The notes under the pieces were generated by a model. That model worked only from the letters and a program-made list of their open reading frames with translations, searched no databases and was not told where the DNA came from. A DNA stretch of 32,000 nucleotides from Pseudodesulfovibrio mercurii (lineage in GTDB: Bacteria > Desulfobacterota > Desulfovibrionia > Desulfovibrionales > Desulfovibrionaceae). The translations under genes were made by a program, and so were the position numbers. The stretch is taken from NCBI RefSeq assembly GCF_000189295.2, contig NC_016803.1:900001-932000 (forward strand). Direction: 5' to 3'. Shown here in pieces: positions 24,684 to 32,000 of the stretch. Position 1 is the stretch's first letter, and every line of letters starts with the position of its first letter.

Positions 24684-25988
24684 CTAGTCGTCCAGCTGGA
24701 TGTCCTTGCCCTCAAGCACGCGGTTCATGTTGCGCACCGCGCACATCTTGCCGCACATGGTGCAGGAGTCCTTGTGCTCGGGCTCCGAGGACTTGCGGTA
24801 TTCCACGGGCTTGACCGGGTCCATGGCCAGGGCGAACTGGGCGTCCCAGTCCAGGGCCGCGCGGGCCCGGGCCATGTTGTTGTCCCACTCCACGGCGCCG
24901 GGATAGCCCTTGGCGATGTCGGCGGCGTGGGCCGCGATGCGGGTGGCCACGATGCCCTCCTTCATGTCCTCGAGGGTGGGCAGGCGCAGGTGTTCGGCCG
25001 GGGTGACGTAGCACAGAAAGTCCGCGCCGGACGCGCCCGCGATGGCCCCGCCGATGGCCGCGGTGATGTGGTCGTAGCCCGGCGCCACGTCCGTGACCAG
25101 GGGGCCGAGGACGTAGAACGGCGCGTTGTGGCACAGCCGTTTCTCGATCATCATGTTGCCGGGAATCTCGTTCATGGCCATGTGGCCGGGGCCCTCGATC
25201 ATGACCTGGACGTTGCGCTCCCAGGCGCGCTTGGTCAGCTCGCCCAGGGTGATCAGCTCCTCCACCTGGGAGGCGTCGGTGGCGTCGTACAGGCAGCCGG
25301 GACGGCAACCGTCGCCCAGGCTCAGGGTCACGTCATATTCTTCGCAGATGTCCAGCAGCCGGTCGAAGTGCTCGTAGAACGGGTTCTCGGCCTTGTTGAT
25401 CTCCATCCAGGTGAACAGCAGGGAGCCGCCGCGCGAGACGATGTTGGTCAGCCGTTTCGCGCTCTTGACCTTCTCGGCGGTGTGCTTGTTCAGGCCCGCG
25501 TGGATGGTCAGGAAGTCCACGCCGTCCATGACGTGGCGCTCGACCACCTTGAAGAACTCGTCCACGGTGATGTCCTGAAGGTTCTTGTCGTAGAAGCCCA
25601 CGGCGTCGTAGATGGGCACCGTGCCGATCATGGCCGGGGACATCTCCACCAGTTTCTGCCGGAATTCCTGAGTCTTGCCGTAGCAGGACAGGTCCATGAT
25701 GGCCTCGGCCTTCATGTCCAGGGCGGCCCGGACCTTTTCCAGCTCGGGCTCGACGTCGCAGCAGTCCTTGGAGATGCCGAGGTTGACGTTGATCTTGATG
25801 CGCATGCCCTCGCCCACGGCCTCGGCGTCCAGGTTCTTGTGGTTCTTGTTGGCCGGGATGATGACCGAACCTCTGGCCATCCGCTCCATGAGGTCCTCGA
25901 TGCGGATGTTTTCCTTACGGGCAACGGTCTCCATCTGGGGGGTGACGATGCCCTTGCGGGCCGCGTCCATTTGCGTGGTATAGCTCAT
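24684..25988 (-). CDS. thiC: Phosphomethylpyrimidine synthase (radical-SAM, short form)
   Basis: 434 aa with ...NVNLGIS...TIHAG...GPGH..., and a C-terminal [11 protein letters not shown] (CxxCxxxxC) cluster motif. Confidence 0.95.
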   Translation of the reverse strand: MSYTTQMDAARKGIVTPQMETVARKENIRIEDLMERMARGSVIIPANKNHKNLDAEAVGEGMRIKINVNLGISKDCCDVEPELEKVRAALDMKAEAIMDLSCYGKTQEFRQKLVEMSPAMIGTVPIYDAVGFYDKNLQDITVDEFFKVVERHVMDGVDFLTIHAGLNKHTAEKVKSAKRLTNIVSRGGSLLFTWMEINKAENPFYEHFDRLLDICEEYDVTLSLGDGCRPGCLYDATDASQVEELITLGELTKRAWERNVQVMIEGPGHMAMNEIPGNMMIEKRLCHNAPFYVLGPLVTDVAPGYDHITAAIGGAIAGASGADFLCYVTPAEHLRLPTLEDMKEGIVATRIAAHAADIAKGYPGAVEWDNNMARARAALDWDAQFALAMDPVKPVEYRKSSEPEHKDSCTMCGKMCAVRNMNRVLEGKDIQLDD

Positions 25989-25992
25989 TGGG

Positions 25993-26643
25993 TTACTCCT
26001 TCGCCGCGTCCATTTGGTGACGCAGCGCGGTTATTGTGTCTGCAATATTCGCTCCCCCGACGATCTCGGTGACCAGGGCCGCGCAGCGCGCGCCGTGCCG
26101 GACCACCTCGCCGAGATTGTGCTCCTTGATGCCGCCGATGGCCACGAACGGGATGTCCAGATGGGCGACCACCCAGTCGAGGTATTCGAAGCCCACGGGA
26201 TCGACCACGTCGTCCTTGGTGTAGGTCCTGAAGATCGGACCCACGCCGATGTAGTCCGCGCCGCACCGGACGGCCTCGCGGGCCTGTTCCGGGCTGTGCG
26301 TGGACAGGCCGATGGCCATGTCCGGGCCGACCAGCCGACGGACGCACTCCACGGGCAGGTCCTCCTGCCCCACGTGTACGCCGTCCGCGCCCACCAGGAT
26401 GGCGATGTCGATGTCGTCGTTGACGATGAAGGCGGCCCCGGCCTCGCGGGTCATCTCGCGGATGGCGCGGCACTCCTCGAGCTTGGCGCCCGCCTTCTTC
26501 TCCTTCTCGCGATACTGGACCAGTTTGATGCCCGCGTCGAGCATCTGCCGGACGACCTCGACGTTGGACCGGCCCAGGGAGAATTTCTCGGCGGTCAGGC
26601 AGTAGAGGTCCGTGTCCAGGATATTGTGTCGGGTGATGGTCAT
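25993..26643 (-). CDS. thiE: Thiamine-phosphate synthase
   Basis: 216 aa from ATG 26641-26643 (ATGA overlap with the thiF stop). Motifs: LVQYREK..., FIVNDD...[25 protein letters not shown]. Confidence 0.9.
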   Translation of the reverse strand: MTITRHNILDTDLYCLTAEKFSLGRSNVEVVRQMLDAGIKLVQYREKEKKAGAKLEECRAIREMTREAGAAFIVNDDIDIAILVGADGVHVGQEDLPVECVRRLVGPDMAIGLSTHSPEQAREAVRCGADYIGVGPIFRTYTKDDVVDPVGFEYLDWVVAHLDIPFVAIGGIKEHNLGEVVRHGARCAALVTEIVGGANIADTITALRHQMDAAKE

Positions 26644-27272
26644 CACTCGCCCTCCTTGCCGTTCATGGTCCCCAGGAAATGGGACAGGATCACGTCCGCC
26701 TGCTTGGCGGCGGCGATGCCCACCCTGGGCGACAGGGGCGGCGTGTCCAGGTTGCACTCGGTGGTCCCGTCGCCGATGAGATAGAAGTTGTCGCGAATCC
26801 TGCGGGTAACCAGGGCGTCGCCGTCGCCGCAGCCGCCGATGCCCGAGGCCGTGACCACCAGCCTCCCCAGGGGCAGCAGGGCCTCGACCAGCCGCTTCTT
26901 GGCCACGGCCCGGTCCAGGGCCTCGACCACGGCGTCGCACTCGCCGAACAGCCGCTTGACACGGGCCACGTCGATGCGCTCCACGTAGATTTCCAGCTCG
27001 AGGTCGGGGTTCACGGCGCGCATGTTGGCGGCCAGGGCCTCGGCCTTGAACTCGCCCACCTGGGCGCTGAAGAACGCCTGGCGATTCAGGTTGGAGAACT
27101 CCACGCGGTCGAAATCCACCAGGACGAAGCGGGTGAAGCCGCTGCGCACCAGGTGCATGGCGCAGTTGGAGCCCAGTCCGCCGCACCCGGCCATGCCGAT
27201 CTTCACCCGTTGCAGCCGGGCCAGCCTGTCCTCGCCGATGTGGGCGGCGATCCCTTCCTCGACCTTGTTCAT
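26643..27272 (-). CDS. thiF: ThiS adenylyltransferase (short ThiF/MoeB-family E1-like enzyme)
   Basis: GMAGCGGLGSN nucleotide-binding motif and VDFDRVEFSNLNRQ. Position between thiH and thiE. ATGA overlap with the thiH stop. Confidence 0.85.
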   Translation of the reverse strand: MNKVEEGIAAHIGEDRLARLQRVKIGMAGCGGLGSNCAMHLVRSGFTRFVLVDFDRVEFSNLNRQAFFSAQVGEFKAEALAANMRAVNPDLELEIYVERIDVARVKRLFGECDAVVEALDRAVAKKRLVEALLPLGRLVVTASGIGGCGDGDALVTRRIRDNFYLIGDGTTECNLDTPPLSPRVGIAAAKQADVILSHFLGTMNGKEGE

Positions 27273-28414
27273 GCCCCCTCCATGGTTGCAGACGAAGTCT
27301 CGAAGATGGGCTCCCAGTCCTTGAACACGGGCTGGTATCCCTTGAGACGCAGGGCGGCGCAGACCTCGTCCACGCTGCGGGCGTCGCTGATGTCGAACTG
27401 GCCGGTGTTCTCCTCGTCGCTGGTCTCGGCGGAGTGCCCGCCCACGGCCGTGGACACGCCCGCGGACATGCGGGTCACGCCCAGCGGCAGGATGTTCTCG
27501 CGGAACTCGGCGTTCTCGCGGGTGGAGATGGTGATGCCCACCCTGGGCAGGAAGATGCGCAGGGCCATCAGGAACTGGACCATGTCCTTGTCCGAAACGA
27601 TGGTCTTGGGCTCCCAGTCGCCCACGTGCGGACGCATGCGCGGCAGGGACACGGCGATGTCCGTCTCCGGGTAGCGGTGCATGAGATAGGCCGCGTGCAG
27701 GCCGGTCAGGAGCGCGTCGCGCCGCCAGTCGCCCAGCCCCAGGAGCGCGCCGATGTTGACCACGCGCATGCCCGCCCGGCAGGCCCGTTCCGGAGCGTCC
27801 AGACGGAAGCGGTAGTCCCGCTTGGGCCCCTTGGGGTGGAGCACGGCGTACAGCTCCTCGTCGTAGGTCTCCTGGAACATGGTCATGCCGTCCACGCCCG
27901 CCTTGACCAGGCGCGCGTACTCCTCCCCGGTCAGGGCGAAGACCTCGATGGACACGGACGGGAAGTGCTTGTTCAGGACCCTGGTGCAGGCCTCGAGGTA
28001 GTCCACCCCGGTCTTGGCCGGGGCGTCGCCCGTCAGGATGAGCAGGTTCTTGAGCCCGGTGGCCGCGATGGCCGCGCCCTCCACGTCCACCTCCTCCAGG
28101 CTGAGCATGGAGCGGTGGATCTTGTTGGTGCAGTTGAACCCGCAGTAAACGCAGTGGTTGGTGCAGATGTTGGCCAGGTAGAGGGGAGTGAACAGGCTGA
28201 CTGTCCGGCCGAAGTGCTGGACGGTCAACCCGCTGGCCTTGCGGGCCATCTCCTCGAGCAGGGTGGAGGCGGCCGGGCTCATCAGGGCCATGAAGTCCTC
28301 CACCGTGGCCGTGGTCCGGTTCAGGGCCCGGCGCACGTCCTCTTCCGTGAAGTCGTCGAAACGCGCGTCGGGCAGCGCCTCGGCGTAGGTTTCGATGAGC
28401 GGGTAAAAACTCAT
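27269..28414 (-). CDS. thiH: 2-iminoacetate synthase (tyrosine lyase, radical SAM)
   Basis: 381 aa with the CTNHCVYCG radical-SAM CxxxCxxC motif. ATGA overlap with the thiG stop. Confidence 0.9.
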   Translation of the reverse strand: MSFYPLIETYAEALPDARFDDFTEEDVRRALNRTTATVEDFMALMSPAASTLLEEMARKASGLTVQHFGRTVSLFTPLYLANICTNHCVYCGFNCTNKIHRSMLSLEEVDVEGAAIAATGLKNLLILTGDAPAKTGVDYLEACTRVLNKHFPSVSIEVFALTGEEYARLVKAGVDGMTMFQETYDEELYAVLHPKGPKRDYRFRLDAPERACRAGMRVVNIGALLGLGDWRRDALLTGLHAAYLMHRYPETDIAVSLPRMRPHVGDWEPKTIVSDKDMVQFLMALRIFLPRVGITISTRENAEFRENILPLGVTRMSAGVSTAVGGHSAETSDEENTGQFDISDARSVDEVCAALRLKGYQPVFKDWEPIFETSSATMEGA

Positions 28415-29190
28415 GCCGCGCCTCCCAGGAAACCGGTCAGGGGCGAGGAGGCGTCGGCCAGCATCCGTTTCGCGCCGGGACCGGACAGGTACGCCTCGCG
28501 CCCGGCCCGGACCGCGCGACCGAAGGCGCGGGCCATCATGACCGGATCGGCGGCCGTGGCGATGGCCGTGTTGACCAGGACCGCGTCCGCGCCCATCTCC
28601 ATGGCCTCGCAGGCCTCGGACGGACGGCCGATGCCCGCGTCCACCACGATGGGCAGGTCGATCTCCTCGATGAGGATGCGGACCATCTCGCGGGTCTTGA
28701 GCCCCCGGTTGGTGCCGATGGGCGCGCCCAGCGGCATAACCGCGGCCGCCCCCGCATCGACCAGGGCCTTGGCCACGTACAGGTCGGCGTTGACGTAGGG
28801 CAGGACGACGAAGCCCTCCTTGGCCAGGATCTCCGTGGCCTTCACGGTCTCGTAGCCGTCGGGCAGGAGGTAGCGGTTGTCCGAGATGACCTCGATCTTG
28901 ATCCAGTCGCCGCAGCCCATGGCCCGGGCCAGCCGGGCGATGCGCACTGCCTCGTCGGCGTTGCGCGCGCCCGAGGTGTTGGGCAAAAGCTGCATGTGTT
29001 CGGGAATGCAGTCCATGACGTTGCCCGTGGTGGACTGAAGGTCGACCCGGCGCAGGGCCACGGTGATGACCTCGGAGCCCGAGGCCTCGCAGACGGCCGG
29101 GATGATCCCGTCGTCGCCGTATTTTCCGGTGCCGGTGAACAGGCGGCTGGTCAGGGTCCTGCCGCCGATGGTGAAGGTGTCCTTGGTCAT
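28411..29190 (-). CDS. thiG: Thiazole synthase
   Basis: 259 aa from ATG 29188-29190 ([24 protein letters not shown]...WIKIEVI...LPD...MPLGAPIG...). The track extension to 29427 is rejected. Confidence 0.95.
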   Translation of the reverse strand: MTKDTFTIGGRTLTSRLFTGTGKYGDDGIIPAVCEASGSEVITVALRRVDLQSTTGNVMDCIPEHMQLLPNTSGARNADEAVRIARLARAMGCGDWIKIEVISDNRYLLPDGYETVKATEILAKEGFVVLPYVNADLYVAKALVDAGAAAVMPLGAPIGTNRGLKTREMVRILIEEIDLPIVVDAGIGRPSEACEAMEMGADAVLVNTAIATAADPVMMARAFGRAVRAGREAYLSGPGAKRMLADASSPLTGFLGGAA

Positions 29191-29198
29191 GCGTGCTC

Positions 29199-29399
29199 CT
29201 AGCCCCCGCCCACGAAGCGGAGGATTTCCAGATGGTCGCCGTCGTTCAGGCTCACGGACTCGAAACGCTCGCCGGGCACGATGTCCCCGTTGCGTTCGAC
29301 GACCACGGCCTGGGGCGCGATCTCCTTGGATTCGAGCAAGGCGAGAATGGTCAGGGGCTCGTCCAGCTCCGCCGCCTTGCCGTTGATGGTGACGATCAT
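29199..29399 (-). CDS. thiS: Sulfur-carrier protein ThiS
   Basis: 66 aa ending in the ...FVGGG C-terminal di-glycine. AAGGAGA SD upstream. First gene after the riboswitch. Confidence 0.9.
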   Translation of the reverse strand: MIVTINGKAAELDEPLTILALLESKEIAPQAVVVERNGDIVPGERFESVSLNDGDHLEILRFVGGG

Positions 29400-29425
29400 A
29401 ACGGTCTCCTTGCAGGCGCGATGCC

Positions 29426-29462
29426 AAAGAAAAAGCGCCTGCCTCCGAGGTGAGGCAAGCGC
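29426..29462 (-). terminator. Riboswitch expression-platform terminator (attenuator)
   Basis: The minus strand reads GCGCTTGCCTC-ACCTCG-GAGGCAGGCGC (11-bp stem including one G-U pair), followed by TTTTTCTTT. It lies between the TPP aptamer and the thiS SD. Confidence 0.7.
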
Positions 29463-29490
29463 TACATGATGACGAATTTCGACCCTGTGG

Positions 29491-29578
29491 CAGCTTCCCT
29501 ACGTCGGTATTGTCCGAATCAGGTTCAAAGGGTCGGATCCGCTCGATCCATCTCAGCCCCGAAGGGCCCCCCTAGCTG
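29491..29578 (-). promoter_or_regulatory. TPP (THI-box) riboswitch aptamer
   Basis: The minus strand reads CAGCTAGGGGGGCCCTTCGGGGCTGAGA...GACCCTTTGAACCTGATTCGGACAATACCGACGTAGGGAAGCTG. This matches the conserved GGGG..CUGAGA..ACCCUUUGAACCUGAUCUGGAUAAUGCCAGCGUAGGGA core. P1 is formed by CAGCT/AGCTG. Confidence 0.9.
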
Positions 29579-29685
29579 AGAAAGAACCTATGCCCTTTTC
29601 CAACCCCTGTAAAGTTATTCATGGACACTAAAGTACCGTCCTGAAGCGGCCGATAAGGCTGCCGAGGCATATCATACAACGGGGG

Positions 29686-30135
29686 ATGTCCTTCATGTTT
29701 TCCACATTGTTCCAGGCCACCGGTTTCAAGCGGGCCCTCGACCTGTTCGAGGCGGGTCGGTTAGACGAAGGCAGGGTGCTGCTCAAGAGCCTTCAGGACG
29801 AGTTCCTGGCGGTCTGCGACGAGAACGAGGCCCTCAAGCGGCAGTTGGCCGAGGTGGCGGAAGTCCTCGACCTGGCGGAAAAGGTTCGGTTCGACGGCCA
29901 GAAGTACTGGCTCGACGAGGACGGCGAGCGCAAGGGGCCCTTCTGCCAGGTCTGCTACGACCGCGACGGGCTGCTGGTCCATCTGCACCGGCACGAAAAG
30001 CACTGGGAATGCCAGAGCTGCCACAGCCTCTACGTGGCCTCGGGCGAGGCCGACAAGCCCGCGCCCAAGAAGCCGCGCATGCGCTCCGCCATGGAAAAGA
30101 GCGTGCCCCTGTTCCTGGAACAGGAAATGGGCTGA
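29686..30135 (+). CDS. Hypothetical cytoplasmic coiled-coil + zinc-ribbon protein (149 aa)
   Basis: Coding-like composition. A heptad-like N-terminal half is followed by CQVC...(19 aa)...CQSC, a four-Cys ribbon. No signal peptide. Followed by a strong terminator. Confidence 0.6.
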   Translation: MSFMFSTLFQATGFKRALDLFEAGRLDEGRVLLKSLQDEFLAVCDENEALKRQLAEVAEVLDLAEKVRFDGQKYWLDEDGERKGPFCQVCYDRDGLLVHLHRHEKHWECQSCHSLYVASGEADKPAPKKPRMRSAMEKSVPLFLEQEMG

Positions 30136-30154
30136 TCCGGCCCCGCCACGCGAG

Positions 30155-30191
30155 AAAAGCCCCCGCACGGAACGCCGTGCGGGGGCTTTTT
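30155..30191. terminator. Bidirectional intrinsic terminator
   Basis: Perfect 12-bp stem gcccccgcacgg/ccgtgcgggggc (30159-30170 / 30175-30186), flanked by AAAA upstream and TTTTT downstream. It lies between convergent genes. Confidence 0.75.
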
Positions 30192-30265
30192 CTTGACGTT
30201 GATTTTCCGATGGGCGGAATCGAATCCCGAAGGCCGCTTTGCGGAGAAAGAACGCAGGGACCGGC

Positions 30266-31696
30266 CTAGAGGAACTTGGTCCCGAACAGGGTGGCCCTCC
30301 GGGTCCAGAGTTCGGTCATGCCGTCGTAGTCGAACTTGACCATGCCCCAGGCCAGGTCGTCCACGTTCATGCCCGGCAGATAGACCGCCACGAGCACGTT
30401 CTTGGTCACCCGGCGATGGTCCTTCCACAGGCTGGCGGCAAAGTCCTGAAGGGCCGCGCGGTCGGGCAGCTTGGTGGTGGACAGGAAGACCTTGAGCACG
30501 ATCCAGACCTGACCATACTCGCGGGTCTCGGACTGTTCCAGGAGCTTGTAGCGGTAGCCGTGGGCGGTCTGGTCCGGGGTCGGATCGGGCCGTTTGACGT
30601 CCTGGAAGGCGGACCGGTCGATGACCAGGGTCTGCTGCTTTCCGGATTCGGGCGCGGTCCGGGGCTCATAGGCCGGTTCCGGCGCGGTCCGGGGCTCGGA
30701 CTTCGTGGCCTCGGCCTTGATGGCGGCGGCCGAAAGCTCGGGTGCCTCCACCTTGGTGGGCCGGGCGGGTTCGGCGGGTTTCGCCGGGGCCTCGGCCCGG
30801 ACGGACGCGGCCTGGGGCGTCACCGGCGCGACCACCACGCCCGCCTCGCGCGAATTGGCGTCCATGGCCGAGCGCAGGGAGTAGCCCAGGGAACTGCTCT
30901 CCGAGCGGATCATGTCGCTGGCCTTGAAGACCGCGTACCAGCCGTTGGCGAGCAGGCCGAGCTGAACCACGTCGCCGGGCCGCAGGGTCCTGACCAGGGG
31001 CGAATTGGTGGTCCGGCTCTGGTACACGTTGACCTCGTTGGTCAGGGCCACCCGCTGGATGGCCGTGGACTGCTGTTCGGGCGCGGCTTCGGCCCGGACC
31101 GGCGCGGCGGGCGCGGCGGCCGGAGCCGGGGCCGGGGCTGCGGCGGCGACCGGAGCCGGGGCTGCGGTGCGCTCCCCTGCCGGGACCGGCTCCAGGTACT
31201 TGGTGCTGCAATAGCCGATGCCGTTCATCTTGGAACGGATGGTCGCCTCGGCCGAAAAGACCATGGTCCAGTCGTCCTCGGGAAAATCGATGAGCACGGG
31301 CTCCCCGGCCTCCAGGGTGCGGACCTTGGTCCCCCGGACGTTCGGCTCGGAGCGGATGTTCAGCTTGGTGGACGAGCGGACCAGCTCACCCCACGGCTTG
31401 GGCTCGTAACGGTCCCGTGTGGACGTGAGGAACTTGGCGTTGGAGTAGCCGGCGGCCTTGGCCTCGCTCGGGTCCGTGGCGGCGGGCTCGTAGATGGCCA
31501 CCCAGCCGTCCTTTTCGTGGGCCACCCGGACCTTCTGTCCGGCGTACAGGCTGCCTATCCACTCGGCCTTGGGCGAACGGCCGTCGCGCAGGTTGAGCGG
31601 ACGGTCCGTGTACATGATCCTGCCGAAGGCGAAGGCGGAGGAAGCGGCCAGGACCAGGGCCAGGGCCGCGACGAGAGTCAGGGAAAGTCTGCGCAT
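30266..31696 (-). CDS. Secreted protein with three SH3b-like modules, Ala/Pro-rich linkers and a C-terminal domain of unknown function
   Basis: ATG 31694-31696 is preceded by GGGGGTGA. Signal peptide MRRLSLTLVAALALVLAASSAFA. Three repeats of the pattern LN(I/V)R...G..V..L..G..V......(D/N)GW..V. Linkers include AAPAPVAAAAPAPAPAAAPAAP. Confidence 0.75.
   Translation of the reverse strand: MRRLSLTLVAALALVLAASSAFAFGRIMYTDRPLNLRDGRSPKAEWIGSLYAGQKVRVAHEKDGWVAIYEPAATDPSEAKAAGYSNAKFLTSTRDRYEPKPWGELVRSSTKLNIRSEPNVRGTKVRTLEAGEPVLIDFPEDDWTMVFSAEATIRSKMNGIGYCSTKYLEPVPAGERTAAPAPVAAAAPAPAPAAAPAAPVRAEAAPEQQSTAIQRVALTNEVNVYQSRTTNSPLVRTLRPGDVVQLGLLANGWYAVFKASDMIRSESSSLGYSLRSAMDANSREAGVVVAPVTPQAASVRAEAPAKPAEPARPTKVEAPELSAAAIKAEATKSEPRTAPEPAYEPRTAPESGKQQTLVIDRSAFQDVKRPDPTPDQTAHGYRYKLLEQSETREYGQVWIVLKVFLSTTKLPDRAALQDFAASLWKDHRRVTKNVLVAVYLPGMNVDDLAWGMVKFDYDGMTELWTRRATLFGTKFL
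30647..30697. repeat. In-frame 30-nt tandem duplication inside the SH3b gene
   Basis: ttcgggcgcggtccggggctc (30647-30667) and ttccggcgcggtccggggctc (30677-30697), encoding EPRTAPE twice. Confidence 0.7.
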
Positions 31697-31708
31697 GATC
31701 GTCACCCC

Positions 31709-32000
31709 CTACTTCATGGAGTTGAGTTCACGGATGACCCGGTCCGTGATGTCCATGTTGCCGTCCACGTAACCGATGATCTCCGGGTCGGTCAGGATCA
31801 TGGTGAACCCCTGCTCTCGGGCGATCTCCCTGAGGATGGAGTCGGCCCGGCGCATGACGAAGCGGATCAGGCGGCGTTCCTCGTCCTGAATCTCCTGGTT
31901 GCTGTTCTGGACCAGCTGCTCGTAGCCGCGCACGGCCAGGCGCAGCTCGTTCTCGCGGCTCTGCTGTTCGCTCACGGACAGGGCGTCCTCCTTGAGGCCC
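31709..32000 (-). CDS. skp: OmpH/Skp-family periplasmic chaperone, C-terminal part (N-terminus beyond window end)
   Basis: The frame is open to the window edge. The C-terminus ...IAREQGFTMILTDPEIIGYVDGNMDITDRVIRELN matches the Skp pattern (gydlVld...v.y.....DiT..vi..ln), preceded by a coiled-coil region. Confidence 0.65.
   Translation of the reverse strand, partial: GLKEDALSVSEQQSRENELRLAVRGYEQLVQNSNQEIQDEERRLIRFVMRRADSILREIAREQGFTMILTDPEIIGYVDGNMDITDRVIRELNSMK

Noticed and set aside
30009-30023. CQSCH motif in the 149-aa protein as a haem c attachment site
   Set aside because: The protein has no signal peptide or TM segment. The motif pairs with CQVC 19 residues upstream as a classic four-Cys zinc ribbon.
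31085-31175. GC-rich short-period repeats (gcggc/gccgg units), considered as a possible CRISPR array or mobile-element end
   Set aside because: They lie in frame within the SH3b gene and encode an Ala/Pro linker. There is no repeat-spacer architecture and there are no cas or transposase genes anywhere in the window.

Overview
High-GC (~63%) bacterial chromosomal window. Gene content (11-subunit Nuo without NuoEFG, thiH-type thiamine pathway, multihaem cytochromes) suggests a Desulfovibrio-like anaerobe, but that taxon call is inference only. Most genes are on the minus strand. In order: nuoABCDHIJK plus the 5' part of nuoL (1-6138); a ComB-like phosphatase with a REC-PAS-GGDEF regulator (6435-8483); an envelope-glycan or lipid-modification cluster of UDP-glucuronate decarboxylase, GT4, PAP2, TVP38, a small LAB_N-like protein and GT2 (8665-13264); initiator tRNA-Met; an aldo/keto reductase; a two-gene orphan respiratory module (14698-18407); a DASS anion transporter; a His/Asp-rich acidic protein; a haem c / 4-TM di-His fusion; an FKBP-like/methyltransferase-like fusion; a Zn alcohol dehydrogenase; a TPP-riboswitch-controlled thiSGHFEC operon; a Zn-ribbon protein; a triple-SH3b secreted protein; and a partial skp. 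The strongest candidate for an undescribed system is the orphan respiratory module: an 881-aa CydA-like 8-TM domain fused to eight CxxCH haem c sites, translationally coupled to a 353-aa polytopic partner. No CRISPR array, transposase or integrase was recognised. Many long ORFs in the track are high-GC shadow frames and were rejected. All homology calls are by-eye motif recognition, with no database searches.
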